A stretch of 60,798 bases of DNA, filler included. It is 8 parts of 8 records of this genome, joined end to end, with 100 filler letters (N's around TTAATTAATTAA, not from the genome) between each part and the next. Parts side by side here need not be neighbours in the genome. Positions count along the whole stretch, not along the records: positions 23,928 to 30,767 come from DRR723986_20656; positions 30,868 to 35,950 come from DRR723986_20749; positions 36,051 to 43,705 come from DRR723986_20758; 5 more parts are not named here. One strand, 5' to 3'. This document shows positions 29,340 through 38,700 of the stretch, in pieces. The translations under genes were made by a program, and so were the position numbers. The stretch's first letter is position 1; each line of letters begins with the position of its first letter. The notes below the pieces were generated by a model, which was not told the origin of the DNA, did no database searches, and saw only the letters and a program-made list of their open reading frames with translations.

Positions 29340-29371
29340 GATTGACGATGGTACTTTTGTTCGCTTAGCCT
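29319..29371. promoter_or_regulatory. Divergent control region with candidate RpiR operators and a sigma70-like promoter
   Basis: TGATACA-tt-TGTCCCA (29319-29334, inside the rpiR 5' end), related TGGTACTTTTGTTCG (29349-29363); TTGACG-N18-TAGCCT. Confidence 0.45.
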
Positions 29372-29411
29372 GTCGAGAGAAAATAAGACTCAATCAAAAA
29401 AGGATGGTCCT

Positions 29412-30767
29412 GTGGCGCCTGTTTTTCCTACCACTGCCCGTGTCGTCATTGTTGGCGGCGGCGTCATGGGGGTGGGTCTTGCCTACCACCTTGGCCACGA
29501 GGGTTGGGGCTCTGATACCGTTCTGCTGGAAAAAGCAGAGCTGACCAGCGGCAGCACATGGCACGCTGCAGGGCAAATCACGCATTCCACCTCCAGCTTT
29601 GGATTGGGCAAATGCGTCGATTACAACATCGGCCTCTATTCCGGCGGTCTCGAGGCCGAAACCGGACAGCCCGTAACATGGCATGGCTGCGGCTCGTTTC
29701 GTGTGGCTTATACCTCAGACGAAATGGATTGGCTCCGGCATACGCTCTCTGTTGGGCGCGCGCTGGGGTTCAACATCGAATTGGTCGGCCCGGAAGCGAT
29801 CGCAAAACTGCACCCGTTTTATAACCTCGACGGCGTTCTGGGGGCTTTGCACACCCCCGATGACGGGCATGTGGATCCCACAAATGTGACCATGGCCATG
29901 GCCACGGGTGCGCGGCAAAAGGGGGTGCAGATTATTCGCCAGTGTCGCGCGACGAACATCACCCAATTGCCCTCGGGCGAATGGCAGGTCGAGACGGAAA
30001 AAGGCACGATCACCTGCGAACATGTGGTCAATGCAGGCGGCACATATGCGCGCCAGATGGGCGAATGGTCAGGCCTGCAACTGCCCATGACCTCGATGAC
30101 GCACCACTATTTTGTCACCGAACCGGTGCCCGAATTCGCATCCCTCACAACAGAACTGCCTGTTATCCGCGACGACAAAAAGGTCTCAGGCTACATCCGC
30201 ATGGAACAACAGCGCGGCCTCATCGGGATTTATGAGAAAGAGAACCCGAATTCTGTCTGGCACGATCACTGCCCATGGGACTATGAAAACTGGCTGTTCG
30301 ATGCCGATTATGACCGCGTGATGCCCTACCTTGAGGAAAGCCTGAACCGCATGCCGATCTTTGCGGATCTGGGCATTCAACGCGAAGTGCACGGCGCGAT
30401 CAGCCATCCCCCCGACGGCAACCCCCTGATCGGCCCGGCACCGGGTGTGCGCAACTACTGGTGCTGCTGTGGCACGCAAATCGGCATCGGCTGGGGGCCG
30501 GGGCTGACCCGCGAACTGGCCCGCTGGATGGTGCATGGCGCCGCCGATATCTCCATGCGCGACTATGATCCGCGCCGCTTTGGCAGCTATGCCAACAAGG
30601 ACTGGCAGGTCGTCAAAGCCGAAGAAGATTACTGCCTGCGCCACGAAATCCCGTTCCCCCATTTCAACCGTTTGGCGGGCCGTCCGATCAAACCGTCGCC
30701 CCTGCATGACCTGCTGAAATCCAAAGGCGCCGTGCACGAAGAGGTCTACGGCTTCGAACGCCCCCGC
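29412..30767 (+). CDS. Dimethylglycine/sarcosine dehydrogenase-like flavoprotein (GcvT family; 3' truncated)
   Basis: GGGVMG FAD motif, LTSGSTWHAAG, DGHVDP, HHYFVTE, PDGNPLIGP, GFERP. Confidence 0.9.
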
Positions 30768-30867
30768 NNNNNNNNNNNNNNNNNNNNNNNNNNNNNNNNN
30801 NNNNNNNNNNNTTAATTAATTAANNNNNNNNNNNNNNNNNNNNNNNNNNNNNNNNNNNNNNNNNNNN

Positions 30868-30886
30868 TCGAGCCCTAAGGGCTCGA
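30868..30886. repeat. Palindrome at the contig start
   Basis: TCGAGCCC-taa-GGGCTCGA. Confidence 0.5.
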
Positions 30887-31559
30887 CCCGGTTGTTATAA
30901 ATCTTGCTTCCAAATTTCTGACCGCCAATCCCAAAATCCTCAACGCTAAATCCGATTTACCTGCCGCTCAGTCTCCTTGCCTTTGAACTTTCGAATTTTA
31001 TAGATGTTGGAATTTTGAGCCGGATGTTAGCCAGATTCAGAATTACACAATTCGCGCCTTTGGCCGCATTTATTCGCAAGCCTCTGAACTCAAAATCTTG
31101 AAGTCCGGCCGGCCGCCACTGATCACTTGAGGCGGGATTCCGCCAAATCCGCTGAGCTGCCTGAGCCAAAAAACATTGGGGCGCAAGAACTTGAGGCTGA
31201 AGTCTCAGTGACTAACAAGAAGAAAAAGCAAGCCACCAAATGCAATGCGGGGGGCGAAGCGCTCTTGAACGAGGCGAAGGAGCTGATGACAAATTTGGCT
31301 GGGCGAGTGGAGTGGGATAGCAGGCCAGGTACGGAAACCTGCGGGTTTTGACGGATAGCCAGACGCTTTTGAGGGGAAATTAAAGACCTGCGCCAATCCA
31401 GAATTGAAGCCAGTGCGAAGTGTGCAGCGTTCAATGCTAATTTTATCGTATCTTGCAGCATTCATTCAACATGAATTGAAAAAACGTAAACTATTTCGTA
31501 TCTAGCAGTTGGCCTGTTTTATTGCAGGTGATTTCTCAACAATCGGTGCACATGCCCGC

Positions 31560-33044
31560 ATGGATGTCCCCGCGACCCCAGATAATCAACGCAAGCCAAG
31601 TCCGGCTATCGAAAATGCCGTAACCAAGCTGTGGACGCAGATACGCCGTTCCGGTGAAATGATCGTGACCTTGCGTGACGATAATGACCGCCTGCAGCAA
31701 CGCGTCCAGGACCTGGAAAGTGGCCTTTCTCACCGCGAAAGTAATCAGCAACGGCTGGACCAGGAACAGCAGGAACGCTCTGAGCGCCTCCACGCTGCCG
31801 AAGCCGAACGCGATGCCCTGGCCAAACAGCTCTCACGCCTTACTGCTGAACACGACCGCCTCAGACAACAAAGTAGCAGCGATCAGCAAGTACTGACGCG
31901 CGCCGCAGCTGAGTTGGAAGAGCTGAAGTCGGCCGCGCATGACAATGAGTTTTTGCGCGCCGAACTGGTGACGCGCAACAATCAGATGCACAACAGCCAG
32001 AAAGAAATACTTGAGTACCGCACAAAAGTCGCGGAGCTTGAAGACCAGGTTGCAAGACTGGAAGCCGGTGGGACTGCAGTCAGTGAGTCTGCACAGGCGG
32101 ACAGCGCTGATTCCAATTCCGCAAGTAGTTCCGGGGCAAGTGACGTGACAGGCGAAAGCGCCGAAAGTGTCGAAAATACGTCTGAGACTGACAGTATTTT
32201 GACAGATGCGCCGCAAGAAGGTGGATCTGGAGCTGAACAGGCCGCCGACCACAAGACGGAAACGGCAGAGATTGCAAGTGCCGATGTGGCGTCTGCGGCT
32301 GATGCAGACGGCGGCGATACAGGTGCGGCTGCAAGCGCCGAACAGGAAGACCAGGCCGAATCAAGCGGCAGCGACGGCCGCGGAGAAATTGAGGCACTGC
32401 GCGCTGAGCTGGCACGCATGCGCCGTTTATACGACGAAGTCAGTATAGAGCGCGAACGTTTGCGTCAGTCGAGCGCACCATTTCAGGACAATCTGTTCTC
32501 GACCGGGGCGGTTGACGCCGGCAAAGTTGAAAAAGAATGGCGCGAGAAAAACAGCGAACTCTATGCTGAGATTGAGCGCCTGGCCGAAGCCAAAAACAAG
32601 GCAGAAGACGAGCTGTTGGAAGCGCTAACGGAGATTGATGACCTGCGCGCTAAGTGTGAAGGCCTGCAGACTGAAATCAAGGAGTTGGCTGAGGCAGACA
32701 GCCGGCCGGACTCCGAACTGCGTGCGCGTGAGGCGCAGGCCTTGCAATTGCGTCGCCAGGTGGACCAGTTGAAAACTCAACTGAAGGCGCTGGAGGCTGA
32801 ACGCGCGGCTGCCGACAACTCTGATTCTGGCCCTGATGCTGAAGCTGATACTCAAGCTATGGAGGCTGCGAACGCGCAGCTGACTGAATACAGCACTCGC
32901 ATTCAAGAACTTGAGGCTGAGCTGCGTGAAGCACGTGAGCAGGCCGGTGAAGAAGATGGGCTTTCCGCCGACAAGCGGGCGGCGATAGAAAACAAGGTTC
33001 GCGAAGCCCTGGCGCGCGTTGACAGTCTGCTGGAAAAAGCTTGA
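31560..33044 (+). CDS. Long acidic coiled-coil protein in the ZapB-like position upstream of zapA
   Basis: Heptad-rich N- and C-terminal blocks around an Ala/Ser/Asp/Glu-rich linker; C-terminal helix KRAAIENKVREALARVDSLL; start uncertain. Confidence 0.7.
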   Translation: MDVPATPDNQRKPSPAIENAVTKLWTQIRRSGEMIVTLRDDNDRLQQRVQDLESGLSHRESNQQRLDQEQQERSERLHAAEAERDALAKQLSRLTAEHDRLRQQSSSDQQVLTRAAAELEELKSAAHDNEFLRAELVTRNNQMHNSQKEILEYRTKVAELEDQVARLEAGGTAVSESAQADSADSNSASSSGASDVTGESAESVENTSETDSILTDAPQEGGSGAEQAADHKTETAEIASADVASAADADGGDTGAAASAEQEDQAESSGSDGRGEIEALRAELARMRRLYDEVSIERERLRQSSAPFQDNLFSTGAVDAGKVEKEWREKNSELYAEIERLAEAKNKAEDELLEALTEIDDLRAKCEGLQTEIKELAEADSRPDSELRAREAQALQLRRQVDQLKTQLKALEAERAAADNSDSGPDAEADTQAMEAANAQLTEYSTRIQELEAELREAREQAGEEDGLSADKRAAIENKVREALARVDSLLEKA

Positions 33045-33212
33045 AGATTTTGAGCTTTGGGTTTGCGGCTGATGCGTTTCTGGGTAGTTTTGAGGACCGG
33101 GCGTGGCACTGTGCTGATCGCGCCATGCGGCAGACGATACTTTATCGTTGAATCCGTACGTGCAAAAGTGTATTTTTGTTGAGGAACTGACCTGAATGTC
33201 GTGGAGAGTAGA

Positions 33213-33506
33213 ATGAGTTCGCTGCAATCCGTCAATGTGAAAATCGGCGGTCAGGAATATAAGCTGCGTACCGACGACGAGGCGAAGGTGCGGCATCTGG
33301 CTGAGAAGGTCGATGTCAAACTTCAGCACCTGCGCCACAAGATCAAAGAACCTTCAACAGCAACATTGACGATGTTGACCGCGCTCAACATCGCCGAGGA
33401 TGGATACGAGTTGGAGCAGCGCAGCCGCTTTGACGCTGAGTATCTGACCAAAGAACTGGAGCAAATGGGAGAATTCCTGGCTAAGAGCGCCGGGGATCAG
33501 GACTAA
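33213..33506 (+). CDS. zapA: Cell division protein ZapA
   Basis: V.VKIGG.EY.L...DE..V..LA..VD.K, MLTALNIA; TATTTTTG (TANNTTTG-type) element about 40 nt upstream. Confidence 0.88.
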   Translation: MSSLQSVNVKIGGQEYKLRTDDEAKVRHLAEKVDVKLQHLRHKIKEPSTATLTMLTALNIAEDGYELEQRSRFDAEYLTKELEQMGEFLAKSAGDQD

Positions 33507-33663
33507 AAAGCTCCACTCCGGCGGGAACAGTCTGCAGCATTGCCGCTGCGGTAATGTGCGCTGGAGAGTGTGCTGTACAATTCGGATACATGAAAGATAC
33601 GGGACGCAAATATTTTCGCGCATACAACGTTTGCGAAAGTTCTTGAGAGGCAACTTGAAAAAT

Positions 33664-33895
33664 AGATGCCGTATCGTTCGACTTTGAAGACGTTATTTAA
33701 GAACCGACAAAGATTCTACCAGGGAATTCTGCTCTGGGTATAAATTACAGGCCTCATCCATGTGGCAACACGTGGAGACCTTCGGGTCCAGTGGACTTAA
33801 AATATATTCCAGGCGTTTACCCGCATTTATCGACAGGGTTCTTAAATACCACTTGCGGTTATTCCGCTTCATTGTTGGGCTCGATACGGCATTTC
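33664..33895 (+). ncRNA. ssrS: 6S RNA
   Basis: Rod structure: ATGCCGTATCG (33666-76) pairs with CGATACGGCAT (33882-92); TATTTAAGAACC (33694-705) pairs with GGTTCTTAAATA (33837-48); central bubble GACAAAGATTCTACCAGGGA; U-tract follows; located just downstream of zapA. Confidence 0.85.
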
Positions 33896-34304
33896 TTTTT
33901 TTTGGCCGGCACTGATTGCCGCCGGCGGTGGCATCCACGCTTCCACGCTTCTGACTACCCTACCGTAGCTGACTGCCGAATCAACACTCACTTTCCGGGC
34001 TGCATGCGCGCTCTACTCGCGTTCCGCAGGATACATTACTATTGAGAAATTGACATGGCCGGCCTGACTGGGTGGGGCATGACCATAATATCTGCTTCAT
34101 GGGGCGCATGTTCGCTTAGTGACCAGAACAATTTGATACGGCTATAACATCGCATAAGCAGCTCGCATGCATCCGCTGATTGCCACTGATATTCAGGAGC
34201 ACCGGCGCGTGATTCCAGAGCCCGGCGGACTTCAATTTTGAGTAAGGAATTGAGGCTACGACCCAGGGCGGCGAGTGTGTTTTTAAACCTCTAAATGGTG
34301 AATC

Positions 34305-35864
34305 ATGGAGATTGTCCCCATAGTACTAAGTATCCTGGGCTTGATCCTTGGATTCGGTGTTGGCTACTTTGTAGCCGGCAAAGCTGCGCAGACAAAAATT
34401 GCTGATGCCGAAGGACAGGCAAAGGTGATTAAGAGCGAAGCGCAGTCCGAAGCCAAAGCTCTGCTGAAGGAGAAGATGCTTGAGGCCAAGGAAGATTGGC
34501 ATAAGCGTAAACAGGACTTTGAAAATAAGTCGCAAGCTTCGCGCGACAAACTCAAGAACCTTGAAAAACAGATTAAAAACCGCGAAGAGAACATCGACAA
34601 AAAACTTGAGTTGGTGACGCGGAAGGAAAAACAACTCCAGACATTGGATCGTGACGTAAGTGCGAAAGCCAAGAAGATCGAATCCAAAGTGGCTAAGATC
34701 GACGAGTTGGTAGAGGAACAGAATACGCGCCTTGAGCGCATCACGGGTATGTCCCGCGAAGATGCACTCAAGTACCTGATGGAGAATCTGGAGAATGAAG
34801 CCAAGGCCGCCTCAGCCATTCTGATTAAAGAAATTCGCGATGACGCGAAGCTGAAGGCCAAACGCGAGGCTCAAAAAATTGTGGTTCAGGCGATTCAACG
34901 CACGGCGAGTGATCACGCGATTGAGACTACGGTCTCGGTGGTTAACCTCTCCAGCGAGGACATGAAAGGTCGCATTATCGGGCGTGAAGGCCGCAATATT
35001 CGCGCCTTTGAGGCCGCGACGGGTGTTGACCTGATTATTGACGACACGCCGGAAGCCGTAATTATTTCGGGCTTTGATCCTTTCCGTCGTCAGGTGGCGA
35101 AGGTAGCGCTTGAGCGTTTGATGACTGACGGGCGGATACATCCATCGCGGATTGAAGAGCTGGTTAACAAAACCGAGAAAGAGCTGGAGGAGGAAATCCG
35201 CCAGGAAGGTGAGAATGCCTTGCTGGAGCTGAACATTCACAATGTTCACCCGGAGTTGGTACGTTTGGTTGGAAAGATGAAATATCGCTCCAGCTACGGC
35301 CAGAACCTGCTGCATCACTCGATTGAGGTTGCGTATCTGTGCGGCATTATGGCGCTGGAGCTGGGCTTTGATCCGAAACACGCCAAACGTGCCGGTCTGC
35401 TGCATGACGTTGGTAAATGTGTGGATCGCAATATTGAAGGGCCGCACGCGCTCCTGGGTTACGACCTGGCCAAGCGCTACAAGGAGCACCCGATTGTTGC
35501 GAATGCAATTGGTGCGCACCACGAAGATATCGAGATGGAATCGCCGATTGCGGCGATTGTGCAGGCTTGTGACGGCATCAGCGGTGCTCGCCCGGGTGCA
35601 CGCCGTGAATCGCTGGAGAACTACATCAAACGCCTTGAGAAGCTGGAAGGTATTGCCAGCAGCTTTGAGGGTGTTAACAAGACCTATGCAATTCAGGCCG
35701 GCCGCGAGATTCGCGTGATTGTTGAGCCGGAACGCGTCAATGATCTGCTTGCGGATCAGCTGGCGAACGATATTGCGGCACGTGTAGAAAACGAGCTGGA
35801 ATATCCGGGCCAGATTCGCGTTACGATTGTGCGCGAGTATCGCTCTACGTCGTTTGCGAAGTAA
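34305..35864 (+). CDS. rny: Ribonuclease Y
   Basis: N-terminal TM helix, coiled coil, KH domain (MKGRIIGREGRNIR), HD domain (HSIEVA...LLHDVGK), AIQAGREIR. Confidence 0.97.
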   Translation: MEIVPIVLSILGLILGFGVGYFVAGKAAQTKIADAEGQAKVIKSEAQSEAKALLKEKMLEAKEDWHKRKQDFENKSQASRDKLKNLEKQIKNREENIDKKLELVTRKEKQLQTLDRDVSAKAKKIESKVAKIDELVEEQNTRLERITGMSREDALKYLMENLENEAKAASAILIKEIRDDAKLKAKREAQKIVVQAIQRTASDHAIETTVSVVNLSSEDMKGRIIGREGRNIRAFEAATGVDLIIDDTPEAVIISGFDPFRRQVAKVALERLMTDGRIHPSRIEELVNKTEKELEEEIRQEGENALLELNIHNVHPELVRLVGKMKYRSSYGQNLLHHSIEVAYLCGIMALELGFDPKHAKRAGLLHDVGKCVDRNIEGPHALLGYDLAKRYKEHPIVANAIGAHHEDIEMESPIAAIVQACDGISGARPGARRESLENYIKRLEKLEGIASSFEGVNKTYAIQAGREIRVIVEPERVNDLLADQLANDIAARVENELEYPGQIRVTIVREYRSTSFAK

Positions 35865-35921
35865 GTGCTTGCGCTAGAGAGCTTAGGCGCGACGCCGACT
35901 CCCGGATACGAATTTTAGACA

Positions 35922-35950
35922 ATAGCTGTTAGCCTTAGGCTAACAGCTAT
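35922..35950. terminator. 13-bp perfect hairpin after rny (terminator or repeated palindrome)
   Basis: ATAGCTGTTAGCC-tta-GGCTAACAGCTAT at the contig end. Confidence 0.55.
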
Positions 35951-36098
35951 NNNNNNNNNNNNNNNNNNNNNNNNNNNNNNNNNNNNNNNNNNNNTTAATT
36001 AATTAANNNNNNNNNNNNNNNNNNNNNNNNNNNNNNNNNNNNNNNNNNNNTTGCCGGAGCGCCGAGGCGTTTCCGGGCAAGCGTGCTGGACGCGATAT

Positions 36099-37286
36099 CT
36101 ATTGCGACTTGCCGAACACACCGAGGGCTTCTTCGGCGATCACGCGTTCCTCATTGGTCGGAAAGACGAAGGCCTGCACCTGGCTATCCGGCATTGAAAT
36201 GCAGGTAGCGTTCTTCTTATTGGCTTCGTTGTGTAGCTGGAGTCCCATCCAGCCGAGACGGTCTGCGACCGCGGCCCGGATCGTGGCATCATTCTCGCCG
36301 ATACCGGCGGTGAAGACGAGGGCATCCAGTCCGCCAATGCTCATGGCCAGACGGCCAATTTCCCCGGCGATGCGCAGCGCGAACAGGTCCAGCGCTTCTT
36401 TCGCCCGCGGATCATCGCTCGCTTCAAGCTCCCGGCAGTCTGCGCTGATCCCGCCCGAAACGCCCTTCAGGCCGGACTGGTGGTAGAGCATGTCTTCCAC
36501 TTCGCCGGCCGGCCGGTGTTCCTGTTGCAGCAGGTGAAGGATCACGCCCGGGTCGAGTGCACCGCACCGGGTCGCCATCGGCACGCCGTCGATGGTGGAG
36601 AAGCCCATGCTTGTGTCCTGGCTCTTGCCGTCCAGCATGGCGCAAAGGCTGGCCCCGCTGCCGAGATGGGCGGCGATCACGCGCCCGGCGGCGGCCTCCG
36701 GGAATTGGCAACGGAGTTCCGCGGCGATGAATTTGTAGGACAGGCCATGAAAGCCATAGCGCTTGATGCCCCGGTCATGCAGCTCGCGCGGCAGGGCGAA
36801 GCGCCGGATCAGGTCCGGATTGGTCCGGTGAAACACCGTGTCGAACGAGGCGACCTGGACAAGCTCCGGCCGGACCTGCCGCATCGCGCGGACCAGACGG
36901 AGCGCCTGCGGCTGGTGCAGCGGCGCAAGAATGGAAAGGGCTTCGATCCGGGCGAGAGAGTCATCGTCGATCAAAACCGGCCCATCGAACTCATCCCCGC
37001 CATGCACCACACGGTGGCCCACACAGCTCAGGTCACTGAGGTCATAATGTTCGGAGATCCAGTCCAGCGTTTCCGCCATCACATCGGTGAGGTGCCCCGC
37101 GTGATCGGCTGTCAGTTCGACGTCAAACACCGCTTTGCCCTCAACAAGGTGGAAGGTCAGCGGGCTGTGCCGGAAGTCGATCAGCGCGTGGGCGATCCGG
37201 TCCAGCTTTTCGCCTTCAATGCTGAACAGGCCGATCTTCACGGAGGAAGAGCCGGCATTGAAGGTCATCAGCAACGGACCGGACAT
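36099..37286 (-). CDS. ackA: Acetate/propionate kinase
   Basis: NAGSSSVK, GHRVVHGG, APLHQ, RYGFHGLSY, HLGSGAS, FTAGIGEN, TNEE. Confidence 0.94.
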   Translation of the reverse strand: MSGPLLMTFNAGSSSVKIGLFSIEGEKLDRIAHALIDFRHSPLTFHLVEGKAVFDVELTADHAGHLTDVMAETLDWISEHYDLSDLSCVGHRVVHGGDEFDGPVLIDDDSLARIEALSILAPLHQPQALRLVRAMRQVRPELVQVASFDTVFHRTNPDLIRRFALPRELHDRGIKRYGFHGLSYKFIAAELRCQFPEAAAGRVIAAHLGSGASLCAMLDGKSQDTSMGFSTIDGVPMATRCGALDPGVILHLLQQEHRPAGEVEDMLYHQSGLKGVSGGISADCRELEASDDPRAKEALDLFALRIAGEIGRLAMSIGGLDALVFTAGIGENDATIRAAVADRLGWMGLQLHNEANKKNATCISMPDSQVQAFVFPTNEERVIAEEALGVFGKSQ

Positions 37287-37287
37287 G

Positions 37288-38688
37288 TCAGCTGCCTGAC
37301 TTGGTGTAGGTCATGCCGACACTCAACCGGGCAAGCGCTGCCGATGCCATGCGAGCCGTAAGCGGATCGGCGCGGCTGGTCAGCACGATCGGCACCCGCA
37401 CACCGAGGATCAGGCCGGCGGCAATGGCGTCGGCGAAGTAGATCAGCTGCTTGGCCAGTATGTTTCCGGCTTCGAGATCCGGCACGAGGAGGATGTCTGC
37501 CTGCCCGGCGACAGGCGAGACGATGCCCTTGGTCTTGGCGGCAGCCATGCTGATGGCATTATCGAATGCAAGCGGGCCATCGACCCGGGCACCGGAAATC
37601 TGTCCCCGTGCGGCCATGACGGTGAGGGCGGCGGCGTCCAGTGTGGCGGGCATGTCGGCATTCACGGTTTCGACCGCCGCGAGTACGGCAACCAGCGGCT
37701 CTTCCACACCCAATTGGTGCATGAGATCGACGGCGTTCTGGCAGATGTCGCGCTTCTGATCGAGGGAGGGAAGGATGTTCACAGCTGCATCGGTGACGAT
37801 CAGCGGTTTTTCATAGGCCGGAATGTCCATCGCGTAGACGTGGCTGATGCGGCGCTCCGTGCGGAGACCGGAATCAGGGGTGACGACCGCGCCAAGGAGT
37901 TCGTCTGTATGGAGACTGCCTTTGACAAGCACGGACACGTCGCCGCGGACGGCCATCTCTACGGCTTTCGCTGCAGCAGCGTGGCTGTGCTCAGTTTCGA
38001 TTATGTCGAAGCCTTCAATGGAAACTCCGGCTTCTTCGGCGGCGGCTTCGATCTTGTGCCGCGGGCCGATCAGGACGGGTTCCAGAAGGTCTTCGTCCCG
38101 CACCTCGACGGCGCCCTGAATGGCGATGGGGGAGCAGGGATGAACGATCGCCGCCCTGACAGTTGGCGAGGCTTTGGCCCGTTCTATGAAAGCGTCATAG
38201 CGGTCATGGCGGCGAAGGCGGATGCCCGGCATGTGCTTGCGTTTGACGCGGACACTGTCTTTCGGGGCGATGACGGTCGCTTCGCCAATCAGGACGGTTT
38301 CGCCATCCTGATTGGTGCAGACGGTCTCCAGCCGGACGAGGCGCTTCTTGTCCTGTTTCTCAAGAACGGTCACGGTCGCGGTCACGGTATCGCCCGGAAA
38401 GACCGGCTTCGTGAAGGCGATGGTCTGGCCGAGATAGATACAGCCGGGGCCGGGCAGGGTGGTGCCCAGAACGGCGGAGACGAGCGAAGCCGTCCACATG
38501 CCATGGGCAACCGGCTTGCCGAAGATATCCTTCGCCGCGAACTCGGCATCGAGATGGGCCGGGTTCACATCGCCGGAAACGAGGGCGAACAGTTCGATGT
38601 CATTCTCGGTGACGGTGCGCTCCAGCGAAGCGGTGTCGCCGAACTTGATCTGGTCATAGGTGCGGTTTTCGAGAAAGGTTTCGATCAT
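37288..38688 (-). CDS. Bifunctional MaoC-type enoyl-CoA hydratase / phosphate acyltransferase
   Basis: N-terminal SGDVNPAH..AHG..LPGPG hotdog domain; C-terminal KGSLHT, DAAVNI.P, DGPLAFDNA, GNILAK, TSRAD. Confidence 0.92.
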   Translation of the reverse strand: MIETFLENRTYDQIKFGDTASLERTVTENDIELFALVSGDVNPAHLDAEFAAKDIFGKPVAHGMWTASLVSAVLGTTLPGPGCIYLGQTIAFTKPVFPGDTVTATVTVLEKQDKKRLVRLETVCTNQDGETVLIGEATVIAPKDSVRVKRKHMPGIRLRRHDRYDAFIERAKASPTVRAAIVHPCSPIAIQGAVEVRDEDLLEPVLIGPRHKIEAAAEEAGVSIEGFDIIETEHSHAAAAKAVEMAVRGDVSVLVKGSLHTDELLGAVVTPDSGLRTERRISHVYAMDIPAYEKPLIVTDAAVNILPSLDQKRDICQNAVDLMHQLGVEEPLVAVLAAVETVNADMPATLDAAALTVMAARGQISGARVDGPLAFDNAISMAAAKTKGIVSPVAGQADILLVPDLEAGNILAKQLIYFADAIAAGLILGVRVPIVLTSRADPLTARMASAALARLSVGMTYTKSGS

Positions 38689-38700
38689 GGGCGGGGACTC

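Noticed and set aside
23928..30767. Functional link between the nap operon and the Rieske cluster
   Set aside because: Same strand but separated by about 250 bp containing an AT-rich promoter-like stretch; only adjacency supports the link
30957..31465. Short ORFs upstream of the coiled-coil gene
   Set aside because: Overlapping, no motifs or convincing starts; probably non-coding
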